Shown here in pieces: positions 51,270 through 61,235 of a DNA stretch of 64,000 nucleotides; positions within the stretch are counted from its first letter, which is position 1, and every line of letters begins with the position of its first letter. A program made the translations under genes and the position numbers. The DNA comes from Candidatus Poribacteria bacterium. GTDB lineage: Bacteria > Poribacteria > WGA-4E > WGA-3G. Location of the stretch: contig OZ219750.1 of assembly GCA_964291315.2 (NCBI GenBank), positions 352,001-416,000 on the forward strand, in the 5' to 3' direction. The notes beneath the pieces are model-generated. The model had not been told where the DNA came from. It was given only the letters and a program-made list of their open reading frames with translations, and did no database searches.

Positions 51270-52988
51270 ATGAACAAACTGTATTTTGGTGATAATCTTG
51301 AGATTATGCGGGAGATGGATGCCGGCCGCGTAGACCTGATTTGTACGGATCCGCCGTTCAATAGCGGGCGTGATTATAACTCGTTCCTCCGAGATTCGCT
51401 GGCGCAGAAAAAAGCGTTTCGAGATACTTGGGTGTGGAATACAGCTGCCCAAGATACCCGCGCAGATATTGAAAAGTATGCATGTAACAACAAGACTTAC
51501 AAAGCCCTTAATGAGTGCCTCAAGGGGTGCGATCTGCTGCTGAAACGTGCTGTGTCTGGTAAGAATGGGTCGATGCGCGCCTATCTCGCCTTTATGGGCC
51601 CCCGACTTGCCGAAATGCACCGTATTTTGACTGACACCGGAAGTCTCTATCTGCACTGTGATCCGACTGCAAATCATTATCTCAAAGGATTAATGGATGG
51701 TATTTTTGGGACAGAAAATTTCAGAAACCAGATTATCTGGAAACGCACTAAGGCACATAATAGCGGCAAACAGTATGGGCGGACGCACGACACTATCTTA
51801 TTTTATAGTAAGGGGGAGGAGTGGGTATGGAACCCTGTTTATGTGGCACATGATCCGGCGTATGTGAAGCGGGCTTATCGGCATCAGGATGAAAGAGGCC
51901 TCTACCAAGTTGTCGCTCTGACTGCCTCGGAAGTTAGTCTGGGCGAGTCTGGGCGGCCTTGGCGCGGGGTAAATCCGAGTAACATCGGCAGACATTGGAG
52001 TACGCCCCGTAGAGAAGCGTGGCCCGAAGACGTTGAACCGCCTGAAAATTATGAGGCTCTCTCGGTTCACGAAAAGTTGGATGCCTTGGACGCAAGTGGT
52101 TTGCTTTATTGGCCCCCAAAAGGTAATGTTCCAAGATTCAAAAGGTATCTGTCAACGTCTAAGGGAAGTCGGGTTCAGGATGTTATAACGGATATAAACC
52201 CTCTTACGGGCAATTCCAAGGAACGTCTCGGCTATCCTACGCAGAAGCCGCTTGCACTTTACGAACGCCTGATTGCAGCTTCCAGCAATGAAGGGGACCT
52301 TGTATTGGACCCGTTCTGTGGGTGTGGAACGACTATTGATGCAGCACATACCTTAAAGCGCGCTTGGCTCGGTATCGATTTAACGATTCTAGCGTTGGAT
52401 CCGATGCGTCAACGGTTGGCAGATCGGCACGGTTTACAACCCTCAGTGGATTACCAGATTGAGGGGTATCCCACGAATATGCAGGAGGTGCGCAGGCTCT
52501 TAAAAGCTGGAGATAAGCGGAAATATCACGACTTCTCGAACTGGGCGGTGACAAGGCTTGGATTGCAGCCGACGCAGGATGTGGGTGATGGAGGACACGA
52601 TGGTGTCGGGCATGTGACGTTGTGGAGTACGCAACGAATGAAAGAGACGAATGCCCGGATTCTCGCGGAGGTCAAAACAGGGAAACCCTCCATGACACAA
52701 GTGCGAGCGTTTTGTCAGGTGATGCGCGAGAACAACGCAGCGATTGGGATTTTTATTACGATCGAACCTGTCACTGCGGGGATGCGGCAACAGGCGGAGA
52801 ATATGGGTGTTTTTGAGCATAATGGACAGAGTTATCCGCGACTCCAGTTCTGGCAGGTCGATGATGCCTATTTTGAGAATCCGGAGCTTATTAACACGTT
52901 TATTCGATTGCCGATGGAGTGGCGGATTCGTCCGAGCCAGAAGTCTAATCGGCATTTTCGTGGGCAGCAGATGGAATTGTTGAAATAG
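51270..52988 (+). CDS. N4/N6 DNA methyltransferase (beta class) fused to Mrr-like endonuclease domain
   Basis: GDNL, DPPFNS, LYLHCD, GYPTQKP, VLDPFCGCGTT; C-terminal DGGHDG..AEVK. Confidence 0.9.
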   Translation: MNKLYFGDNLEIMREMDAGRVDLICTDPPFNSGRDYNSFLRDSLAQKKAFRDTWVWNTAAQDTRADIEKYACNNKTYKALNECLKGCDLLLKRAVSGKNGSMRAYLAFMGPRLAEMHRILTDTGSLYLHCDPTANHYLKGLMDGIFGTENFRNQIIWKRTKAHNSGKQYGRTHDTILFYSKGEEWVWNPVYVAHDPAYVKRAYRHQDERGLYQVVALTASEVSLGESGRPWRGVNPSNIGRHWSTPRREAWPEDVEPPENYEALSVHEKLDALDASGLLYWPPKGNVPRFKRYLSTSKGSRVQDVITDINPLTGNSKERLGYPTQKPLALYERLIAASSNEGDLVLDPFCGCGTTIDAAHTLKRAWLGIDLTILALDPMRQRLADRHGLQPSVDYQIEGYPTNMQEVRRLLKAGDKRKYHDFSNWAVTRLGLQPTQDVGDGGHDGVGHVTLWSTQRMKETNARILAEVKTGKPSMTQVRAFCQVMRENNAAIGIFITIEPVTAGMRQQAENMGVFEHNGQSYPRLQFWQVDDAYFENPELINTFIRLPMEWRIRPSQKSNRHFRGQQMELLK

Positions 52989-53019
52989 GTGTCGGTTATC
53001 CGCTTGTGTGCCAAAGGTG

Positions 53020-53733
53020 TTAGTGTCTTGTTTTGAGTTTCCCCCATATTGAAGTTAATCGGATCTCTGGTGTGATGCTTAGCCGGGAGATGGTGAAGGA
53101 GTCTGCCCATGCGGTGCCTTCCCACTCATTTGCGATGTTGATCCCCTCCATGACGAAACCGAGAATCTCTATTTTATCGAAATTGGCATCTTGAAATGCC
53201 GTGCGGAATTCTCCGTTTGCGAACAGTGTGAAATACCCGGAATTGAAATAGAGTTTCATCTCTGTTAGTACCTCGGTTTCCCAACGCGTGCGTGGTTCTC
53301 TGGAGAGTCGGATGCGGAAAGGGTGGCTGCTTCCTTTACCGTCGAAACGTCTTGCTCTGATTTCATCAGGGAAAAAAAGATAAAAAAATGGGTTTTCGTC
53401 AGGGGTGTCGGGAAATTGTCGTCCCACACAAAAGCCGAAGCGTGTCTTGTCGCTCCCCAGATCGTTTATTGTGACCACGAAGTTTCGATAGGGATCGGGG
53501 AATGCGATAAATCGGTAGAGCTCATATTCCACGTCCCATTCGCGTTTGACTTCTACACGGAGGAAGCCGTCTGTTATTTTCCAGAGGGAGTTGTTTCCTA
53601 CAACGCGCCACGCTTCGGGATTCTCGGTGTCGAAGTCATCGTGCCAGTCCTCGGTGAATGCCGGAAGGTGACAAGTGACGAGGATATAAACGGATATGAA
53701 GAGGCTTATGTTTCTGTTTGGTATGAAATGCAT
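53020..53733 (-). CDS. secreted jellyroll-like protein B2 with conserved C-terminal tail
   Basis: Signal peptide, WHDDF..W..WKITDG; paralog of 54703..55392; ends ITPEIRLTSIWGKLK; ORF is open from 53853. Confidence 0.8.
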   Translation of the reverse strand: MHFIPNRNISLFISVYILVTCHLPAFTEDWHDDFDTENPEAWRVVGNNSLWKITDGFLRVEVKREWDVEYELYRFIAFPDPYRNFVVTINDLGSDKTRFGFCVGRQFPDTPDENPFFYLFFPDEIRARRFDGKGSSHPFRIRLSREPRTRWETEVLTEMKLYFNSGYFTLFANGEFRTAFQDANFDKIEILGFVMEGINIANEWEGTAWADSFTISRLSITPEIRLTSIWGKLKTRH

Positions 53734-53825
53734 AGAATGCCCTCTACTTTGCGGGTTTGTTACCTGCTGATTTTTTATCGGGTGTGGTGACGAATCGCGC
53801 CTCCTGAGCTTTCGGAATCTACAGA

Positions 53826-54566
53826 CTAATTGATTTTTATGCAGTCGTACCACTGCTGTGTTTTCTTTCCTTTCCGGCTTAGGACCCCGGGTTCACGCTC
53901 GGTTGGGGGGCCAAAATCTCCATCGAGTTGTTTGAGGACGTTCCAATCGGGTGGAAACCATGTTTTGAGTGTTTTACAGTTAACCTCAAGAGTTTCCCCT
54001 TCCCAACCGCCGATTTTGTAATACATGGGGCATATCCACCGTTCTGCTCCGCGGGCGTACCGCCGCCAACCGATTACAGAGGCTTGTGCCCGAATAATGT
54101 TCCCGTCGCGCCAGTGTCGTTCAACGCCGCTCCATGGGTATCCGGTTGTTCCACCTCCGGCGCTGATCTCGCTCCACCCTAAATCGTCGTAGAGGGTGAT
54201 ATAGGAGGAGTTTGTACCCCAGGGTGTATCGTCTGTGCCGAAGTACCACCGTTGTCCGCGATACCAACGGACTGCCCCTTGAATGCGTGAGGCGGAAACC
54301 GTCGCGTTTTCAATGGTTTCTACGATGTCGAATTGCCCTCTGTTATTATAGGGGTTATGGGCACCCTTGCAGAGGGTGAGGGAATTGAGTTCCGGCCCGA
54401 ACCACATTCCGTCTACGCCCGGAGTTCTATAATAGGAACCTGAGCTGGGCGGATGGGCGCGTTCGCCGGGGTTTAGACGCGCTCTGGCGTGGCTATTCCA
54501 AAACGCAATACCGAGGACGAGGCAGAGGAGAAATGCATCAAAGATGATGTCTAAATTTTTTCGCAT
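53826..54566 (-). CDS. secreted Trp-rich hypothetical protein A2
   Basis: Signal peptide; paralog of 55416..56252; ends WYDCIKIN. Confidence 0.8.
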   Translation of the reverse strand: MRKNLDIIFDAFLLCLVLGIAFWNSHARARLNPGERAHPPSSGSYYRTPGVDGMWFGPELNSLTLCKGAHNPYNNRGQFDIVETIENATVSASRIQGAVRWYRGQRWYFGTDDTPWGTNSSYITLYDDLGWSEISAGGGTTGYPWSGVERHWRDGNIIRAQASVIGWRRYARGAERWICPMYYKIGGWEGETLEVNCKTLKTWFPPDWNVLKQLDGDFGPPTEREPGVLSRKGKKTQQWYDCIKIN

Positions 54567-54702
54567 TTTTACTGATTGTTGGTTAAGAGAGTTATGAATG
54601 AAAAAATTTTTAATAGGCTCTCAATGGTTAGCAGGCTAGCAGGCTCCAGCATCATTTGCTTTGGTTTTCACTGCCGTTCAAGCCAAACTACGCTCTTTCA
54701 GG

Positions 54703-55392
54703 TTATCTTTGCTTTAAACGTGCCCATGTGGTTGTTAGTTTCCGTTTTGGAGAGACTGGGAGTCCGTCTATGGTGATGGTATCGACCCACGCGCTGCCTA
54801 TATCCACGTCTTCTGCAACAAATCCAGCGAGGACAAAGGCGATGCTGTCAATCTGTTTAAAGTTGGCATCTCTGAAATCCATGCGAAGTTCTCCATCAGC
54901 CTGCAGTTGAAATCGGCCGCTTTCAAAGTGCAAGACCATCTGTTGGAGTTCATCCGTATTCCACCGTTTACCAGGGCCAACGAATATCCCTCCGTCTCTT
55001 GAGGCTTGCATATCGTTCGTGAAAAAGAGATAGTACCCGATCTCATCTACGTTGGTCACAGGATTCAGGAGGTGCTTTGCGAGTGCGATCCCGAATTGGG
55101 CGTGCGTCGCTCCTACGGTTTCAAGGGTTATTGTGAAGTTATCATAGGGCCCGGGGTAGGCGGTGAATTGGTACAGTTCAAATACAGTGTGCCATTGTGC
55201 TTGTGCGTGAATCTCTGCCTTCAAAAAACCGTCTTCAACTTTCCAAATAGCATCTTTTCTAGTGTATTGCCAGTCGTCTTCTGTGCTGTGTTCAAACGGG
55301 TCTTTCCAAGTAACGGCGCTGACATGCGTTTGGAAAACGAAAAATATATAAACAGTGAGGATTACTGTCAAAGTGCGTATGCTCTTCTTCAT
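54703..55392 (-). CDS. secreted jellyroll-like protein B1 with conserved C-terminal tail
   Basis: Signal peptide (VSA|VT), WKDPF..WKVEDG; ends LPVSPKRKLTTTWARLKQR. Confidence 0.82.
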   Translation of the reverse strand: MKKSIRTLTVILTVYIFFVFQTHVSAVTWKDPFEHSTEDDWQYTRKDAIWKVEDGFLKAEIHAQAQWHTVFELYQFTAYPGPYDNFTITLETVGATHAQFGIALAKHLLNPVTNVDEIGYYLFFTNDMQASRDGGIFVGPGKRWNTDELQQMVLHFESGRFQLQADGELRMDFRDANFKQIDSIAFVLAGFVAEDVDIGSAWVDTITIDGLPVSPKRKLTTTWARLKQR

Positions 55393-55415
55393 GTTGCCAT
55401 TTCTTCTTGGCGCGT

Positions 55416-56252
55416 TTATTTCAACGGTATACAGTCGTACCAGTCTGCGGTTTCTTTCGACGTGCCTTTTTCGCGGCGGCTGAGCTTGTTGAATTTAGGT
55501 CGAAACTCCGGAGATGTAAAGTGTCCTTCCGTATGAGTCAGGATTTTCAAGTTGTAGCGTCTGCCCTCGGTTGCACAAACATAACTCAGGGTACCGTGTT
55601 TGTAATACTTGGGTGCTAGGTATTTCTTTCCAGCGTGCTCGTATTGTTGGTAGCCGGTTACGTCCGCCTTGGATTTTATAGTCTCACTCTCACGCCAGTG
55701 TTCCTCAAATCCTGTCCACGGAAACCCGGTAACAGTATTCGCTGCGTCTATATCTGTCCAACTGATTTCAGATATGAGGGTGACGTGGACGGTATCTGTG
55801 CGCCAGGGCGTGTCGGCAGTGGCGAACCGCCATTCCTGCCGTCGATACCACCAAGTTTTTCCCGGTCTCGAAGATGGCCACATCTCAGCTTCTTCTCTGG
55901 TGTAGATAATATCGAAAAACCCTGCCTTGTTGAATTGGTGGGCTGTATTGGGACAGAGCACCCGGCTGTCTATTTCAGGGCCGAACCATCGGGTATCGTT
56001 CTCGGAGTCTATAAATTTACCTGGTGCGCGGTAGTAGGGTCCCGCTATTTTGGGGACAGCAGTCTCCTGAAGTGTGATTCTTTTTCCCTCGGAGTAGCTG
56101 CCGTGTAAGCCTGCGTTTGCGTAGAAAAGGAGCGATTGGAGGCTTAGGATTGCTATAACTGCGCCTGTATTGAGGGGAACGCGATAAACGGAGGAAAAGA
56201 CGCGTGTCGGAGACCTTCTAAAGATTTTACTGCTTTGCAAAAGGGGTGCCAT
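55416..56252 (-). CDS. secreted Trp-rich hypothetical protein A1
   Basis: Hydrophobic segment ending ANA|G; paralog of 53826..54566; ends WYDCIPLK. Confidence 0.78.
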   Translation of the reverse strand: MAPLLQSSKIFRRSPTRVFSSVYRVPLNTGAVIAILSLQSLLFYANAGLHGSYSEGKRITLQETAVPKIAGPYYRAPGKFIDSENDTRWFGPEIDSRVLCPNTAHQFNKAGFFDIIYTREEAEMWPSSRPGKTWWYRRQEWRFATADTPWRTDTVHVTLISEISWTDIDAANTVTGFPWTGFEEHWRESETIKSKADVTGYQQYEHAGKKYLAPKYYKHGTLSYVCATEGRRYNLKILTHTEGHFTSPEFRPKFNKLSRREKGTSKETADWYDCIPLK

Positions 56253-57822
56253 CTTGTCTCCCTAAATAGATGCGATATCCGGTGCTGGGCATAGGAATCG
56301 CGATCTGTTTATGAACAAGGGTGCGTTGATAACGTGCTGACTTTTCTTCAAATAGTGCATGGGCGGCCCGGATGTATAGTTGATAGGGGTTCTCAGTCAA
56401 GTTGTCGAATTGAAATTCGCCATTTGTGTTGGTTTCGACCTCAAACCGATCTAGTGTCATTGACATATCGGTTGGATTCAATTCCCAGGGATACCAAGAA
56501 CGGGAGATAACTGCGCTAGAGACGGGTTCATCTGTATCCGCCCAACGTAATTGGCCGTGTAGTGTACTCGCGGGCCGGTTTGCTATAATAGATATTTCTT
56601 GGCTATTCGCGGTCGCTTCCACGTTAACAGCTGTTGCGGAAATGCCGTCTCCAACGATATAGAATGCATATGTTCCTGAAAAAAGTCCATCCACGATGAA
56701 GGTAGGTTCTGTCGCGGGGAAGTGCCTCGACAGAAGGGGTTTATACAACGCTAACGGATTGAGACTCGGTTTCATCTGTACCTCTGCCGGAAAAACCTTT
56801 ACAATGTAATCTGCATCCGAGGCGATGTTTGGTGACAAAATCACTCGTCCTTTAACAGTCAGGCCTTTTTCAAGTGTGACAGTCAAGGGTTGCTCTCCGA
56901 TCACTACGTTCTCGTAGACTCTAGAAAAATGACCGCGTTTGCCAATTTCCAGAGAGAGGTATTGTGGATTGGTTTCTAACACTTGCATTTGAAAGTTACC
57001 CGTATTGCCTGTCTGTGCCGATGTGAGGAGCACACTGTGTCCAGATGGTGTTTCTCTATGCCGTGTTGCATAAATGTGCGCTTCGGCTATTGGATGTGCC
57101 TGTGTATCGACGACCGTGCCGTAGAGGGTCTTTAATTTTCGCAGACAGATGGTAATATATGGCTGTTTTTGCGGATTGATAGCGTCCACAAATGCCATAA
57201 TAACACCGTTTTTGGAAATTGTCAAGGTGTATTCAATCGGATAGAGGTCGGAGAATTTGAAGATTCCTGGGATGTCCGTTTTTACTGCGTGTTCAACCGG
57301 TGCAGCTGCACGGAAGAAGTCTGTGGATTTATCGTGCATCTTTAGCTTTAGAATGCATCCTTTGATGTCTCTGCTGCCGGATATGTTTCCCTGTAAAGCT
57401 AAGGTGTGTATTAGTGCTATTTCCCCTAAATCATAACGATTCTTACCAATAGACATCTCTTGTCGCAGGAGCTTTGATTGATACTGTGGATGGAGTGCCA
57501 TAAGCGAGAAAGCATAATAAGTCTGGGATTCATTGGGGATGGTAAGTAAGAAAATCCCTTCTGCATTTGTTGCTGTTGTGTGTGCGAAGTCGCGATCTGG
57601 GTAGACTTGTTCAATTTTTTCGGGAGCAGCGCGTACAATTACATCGGAGATAGGGTGTCTGTTTTCGGCATCTACGAATGTGCCGTGGAGAGTGGCACTG
57701 GTTTGAATCGTTTGGCAGATGCCAACAGTGCTAAAAAGAAAGAGGAGCAGCAAAATCAGACAGCTGAGTCGGATGTTGTTCCTACCGTGTATTCGATTGG
57801 GCGGTTTAGTAAGATATGGCAT
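56227..57822 (-). CDS. secreted protein with repeated carboxypeptidase-regulatory-like (transthyretin-like) domains
   Basis: Repeats of G.VVD....PI..A.I and T...G.F.F..L..G.Y. Confidence 0.8.
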   Translation of the reverse strand: MPYLTKPPNRIHGRNNIRLSCLILLLLFLFSTVGICQTIQTSATLHGTFVDAENRHPISDVIVRAAPEKIEQVYPDRDFAHTTATNAEGIFLLTIPNESQTYYAFSLMALHPQYQSKLLRQEMSIGKNRYDLGEIALIHTLALQGNISGSRDIKGCILKLKMHDKSTDFFRAAAPVEHAVKTDIPGIFKFSDLYPIEYTLTISKNGVIMAFVDAINPQKQPYITICLRKLKTLYGTVVDTQAHPIAEAHIYATRHRETPSGHSVLLTSAQTGNTGNFQMQVLETNPQYLSLEIGKRGHFSRVYENVVIGEQPLTVTLEKGLTVKGRVILSPNIASDADYIVKVFPAEVQMKPSLNPLALYKPLLSRHFPATEPTFIVDGLFSGTYAFYIVGDGISATAVNVEATANSQEISIIANRPASTLHGQLRWADTDEPVSSAVISRSWYPWELNPTDMSMTLDRFEVETNTNGEFQFDNLTENPYQLYIRAAHALFEEKSARYQRTLVHKQIAIPMPSTGYRIYLGRQDGTPFAKQ

Positions 57823-58029
57823 AGGAATTCTTGTGTGTTGGCGTGGAAGGTCAGATTGACATTTCTCCCCGGGATTCAGGTATCATAGAATGCTGGCACC
57901 TATAGGCTAAAATGTAGGTAAAGTCTAAGTGCCCCGGTTACGAGATGCAACACATCGCTAAAGGGAAAATGAGTAGATGCGAAGTTTTGAGCTCCGCGGT
58001 CCGGTCTATCTGGTAAATTGAGTAAGCGC

Positions 58030-58067
58030 AAAAAAACAAGCCTCATATTGAGTGGGGCTTGTCTTTT
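58030..58067. terminator. bidirectional intrinsic terminator
   Basis: A7-CAAGCCTCA-loop-TGGGGCTTG-TCTTTT, downstream of the tRNA pair. Confidence 0.8.
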
Positions 58068-58089
58068 GCAAAAACGCTTCGCGCGAAGA

Positions 58090-58164
58090 TACCCCCGACG
58101 AGATTTGAACTCGTGTCGCCGCCGTGAAAGGGCGGTGTCCTTGGCCAGGCTAGACGACGGGGGC
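58090..58164 (-). tRNA. tRNA-Glu (TTC)
   Basis: GCCCCCG acceptor stem, anticodon arm CCGCC-CTTTCAC-GGCGG, GTTCAAATC T-loop; CCA not encoded. Confidence 0.97.
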
Positions 58165-58175
58165 TAAAGAAATAG

Positions 58176-58248
58176 TGAGCCGTACAGGAATCGAACCTGT
58201 GACCACCTGATTAAAAGTCAGATGCTCTACCTGCTGAGCTAACGGCTC
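58176..58248 (-). tRNA. tRNA-Lys (TTT)
   Basis: GAGCCGT acceptor stem, anticodon arm TCTGA-CTTTTAA-TCAGG, GGTTCGATTCC; CCA not encoded. Confidence 0.97.
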
Positions 58249-58264
58249 AAACCAACAACATTTA

Positions 58265-58293
58265 ATGATACCACACTTTGAGGTAGATGTCAA
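58265..58293 (-). promoter_or_regulatory. tRNA operon promoter TTGACA-N17-TATCAT
   Basis: Immediately upstream of tRNA-Lys, with TG extended -10. Confidence 0.8.
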
Positions 58294-58391
58294 ATTAAAA
58301 TGCCAATTGGGGGCTGCCGCTTAGTGGATGAACGGTTATTCTCCGAGGATATAGACCTGTCTATAAGTTTTTTACAAGAGAGTGGATCGTT

Positions 58392-59696
<1,305 letters not shown>

Positions 59697-59713
59697 TCAA
59701 CATCGTTGGGATT

Positions 59714-60154
59714 TTAACGTTTCGAGAATTGGAACCGTGCGCGTGCGCCTTTTTGTCCGTATTTCTTTCGCTCGACCATTCTTGAGTCGCGGGTCAAAAA
59801 TCCCGCTTTTCTCAGGGAGGGCTTTAAAGATTCATCTGCTTTTACAAGTGCACGTGCGAGTCCGTGAGAGATAGCGCCGGCTTGCCCAGTATTTCCGCCT
59901 CCTTTAACGTTAATCCGAATCGCATAATCGCCTTTTTTTTGAGCGTGCTCAATTGGGCGTTTTGCCTCTTGGATGTGGTCGGGTCGATCAAAGTACTCCT
60001 CAATGGGTTTTTTATTGACGATAATATCGCCTTCACCGCCTGGGATGAGGCGAACACGGGCGACAGATGTTTTACGTCTACCGGTTCCCCAGAATTGTTC
60101 AATGGCCATACTGCTCATACTCTCCATGGTTGTAGGTGTAGGTTTTGGTGACAA
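59714..60154 (-). CDS. rpsI: 30S ribosomal protein S9
   Basis: GTGRRKTSVARV..ERKKYGQKGARARFQFSKR. Confidence 0.98.
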   Translation of the reverse strand: MSPKPTPTTMESMSSMAIEQFWGTGRRKTSVARVRLIPGGEGDIIVNKKPIEEYFDRPDHIQEAKRPIEHAQKKGDYAIRINVKGGGNTGQAGAISHGLARALVKADESLKPSLRKAGFLTRDSRMVERKKYGQKGARARFQFSKR

Positions 60155-60167
60155 CGCCTCAACTCAA

Positions 60168-60605
60168 TTAAAGTGTTAAGACTTCCGGTTCCTGTGCTTG
60201 ATGTGGGTGAGAGGGCCCAGCGTAAACCTTGAGACCTTTCATCAGCTGTCTACCGAGTGAACGCTTCGGAAGCATACCTTTGACGGCAGCGGTGATAATA
60301 GACTCAGGCTTTATCGCCATTTGTTCCTTAAACGTTCTATATTTATCACCTCCGGGATAGCCACTGTGCCTGAAATACGTTTTCTGATCCCGCTTTTTAC
60401 CGGTGACAATTATCTTTTCTGCATTTACAACTGCAACGCGAAACCCTAAATCTGCGTGAGGCGTAAACCGAGGATCGTGTTTTCCGCGCAAGACTTGTGC
60501 AATTCGCGAAGCCAAACGGCCGAGCACCTGTCCCTCCGCATCCACTACATACCATTTAATATCTTTATCTGCTTTCGGAAAATAGGTTTTCGTTTTTAGT
60601 ACCAT
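60168..60605 (-). CDS. rplM: 50S ribosomal protein L13
   Basis: [34 protein letters not shown]. Confidence 0.98.
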   Translation of the reverse strand: MVLKTKTYFPKADKDIKWYVVDAEGQVLGRLASRIAQVLRGKHDPRFTPHADLGFRVAVVNAEKIIVTGKKRDQKTYFRHSGYPGGDKYRTFKEQMAIKPESIITAAVKGMLPKRSLGRQLMKGLKVYAGPSHPHQAQEPEVLTL

Positions 60606-60753
60606 GACTTCCTATTCCTTCAACCGTATTGTGTACCTGAAGCACAATTTACTTTTTCTTTATGGAGCCTGTTTTGGAATTTGTAGTTCGCGTGCTATTA
60701 CCTTTATTGTTCAAAGGCGGTGTTTGTACAATCGCGAACGCTAACAAAATCAT

Positions 60754-60782
60754 ATTATATCATGAAAGACGACGTTTGTCAA
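60754..60782 (-). promoter_or_regulatory. rplM-rpsI promoter TTGACA-N17-TATAAT
   Basis: Perfect consensus upstream of rplM. Confidence 0.85.
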
Positions 60783-61235
60783 ATTTTTTGCTAGAAGCTG
60801 GTCAGCTGTCAGCGATCGGCGGTCAGTAAGGGTCGGAATTTGGAGGTTCATCCTACAGCAAAGCTGGAAAGTGGGCGCGATTAGGAGATTGCTCCTATGG
60901 AAAGAACGGAAGGCTTGTGAGGTATTCTTTGGAGATCAGGATTTTGCTTCTAACGTTGAGTTGGGAAAAGATTTGCACATCAAAAAACATGGGTGGCTCC
61001 GTTGGCGGAAAAGAATAAAAGGATTTACTTTCTAATACCAAAGGTTTCACTTTATTCAAAGGGGATCCAGATATTTATTAGACTCGCGTTGCTTCTAACG
61101 GAGGAGACTCGCGCAAAGAATGAAATTATCGGGTCATTAAATGATCCTATTTTTCTCACTCTTGCGGTCTCAACTTCTTTTGTGTTATACTATGTAAGAT
61201 TCATACATGAACTATAGGAGAAATAGATTTAGACA

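Noticed and set aside
48322-57822. Diversity-generating retroelement explaining the paralogous fragments
   Set aside because: No reverse transcriptase gene, and the differences between copies are not adenine-specific
47400-58164. Genomic island integrated at tRNA-Glu
   Set aside because: Accessory content is suggestive, but I found no integrase and no duplicated tRNA 3' end (att site) in the window
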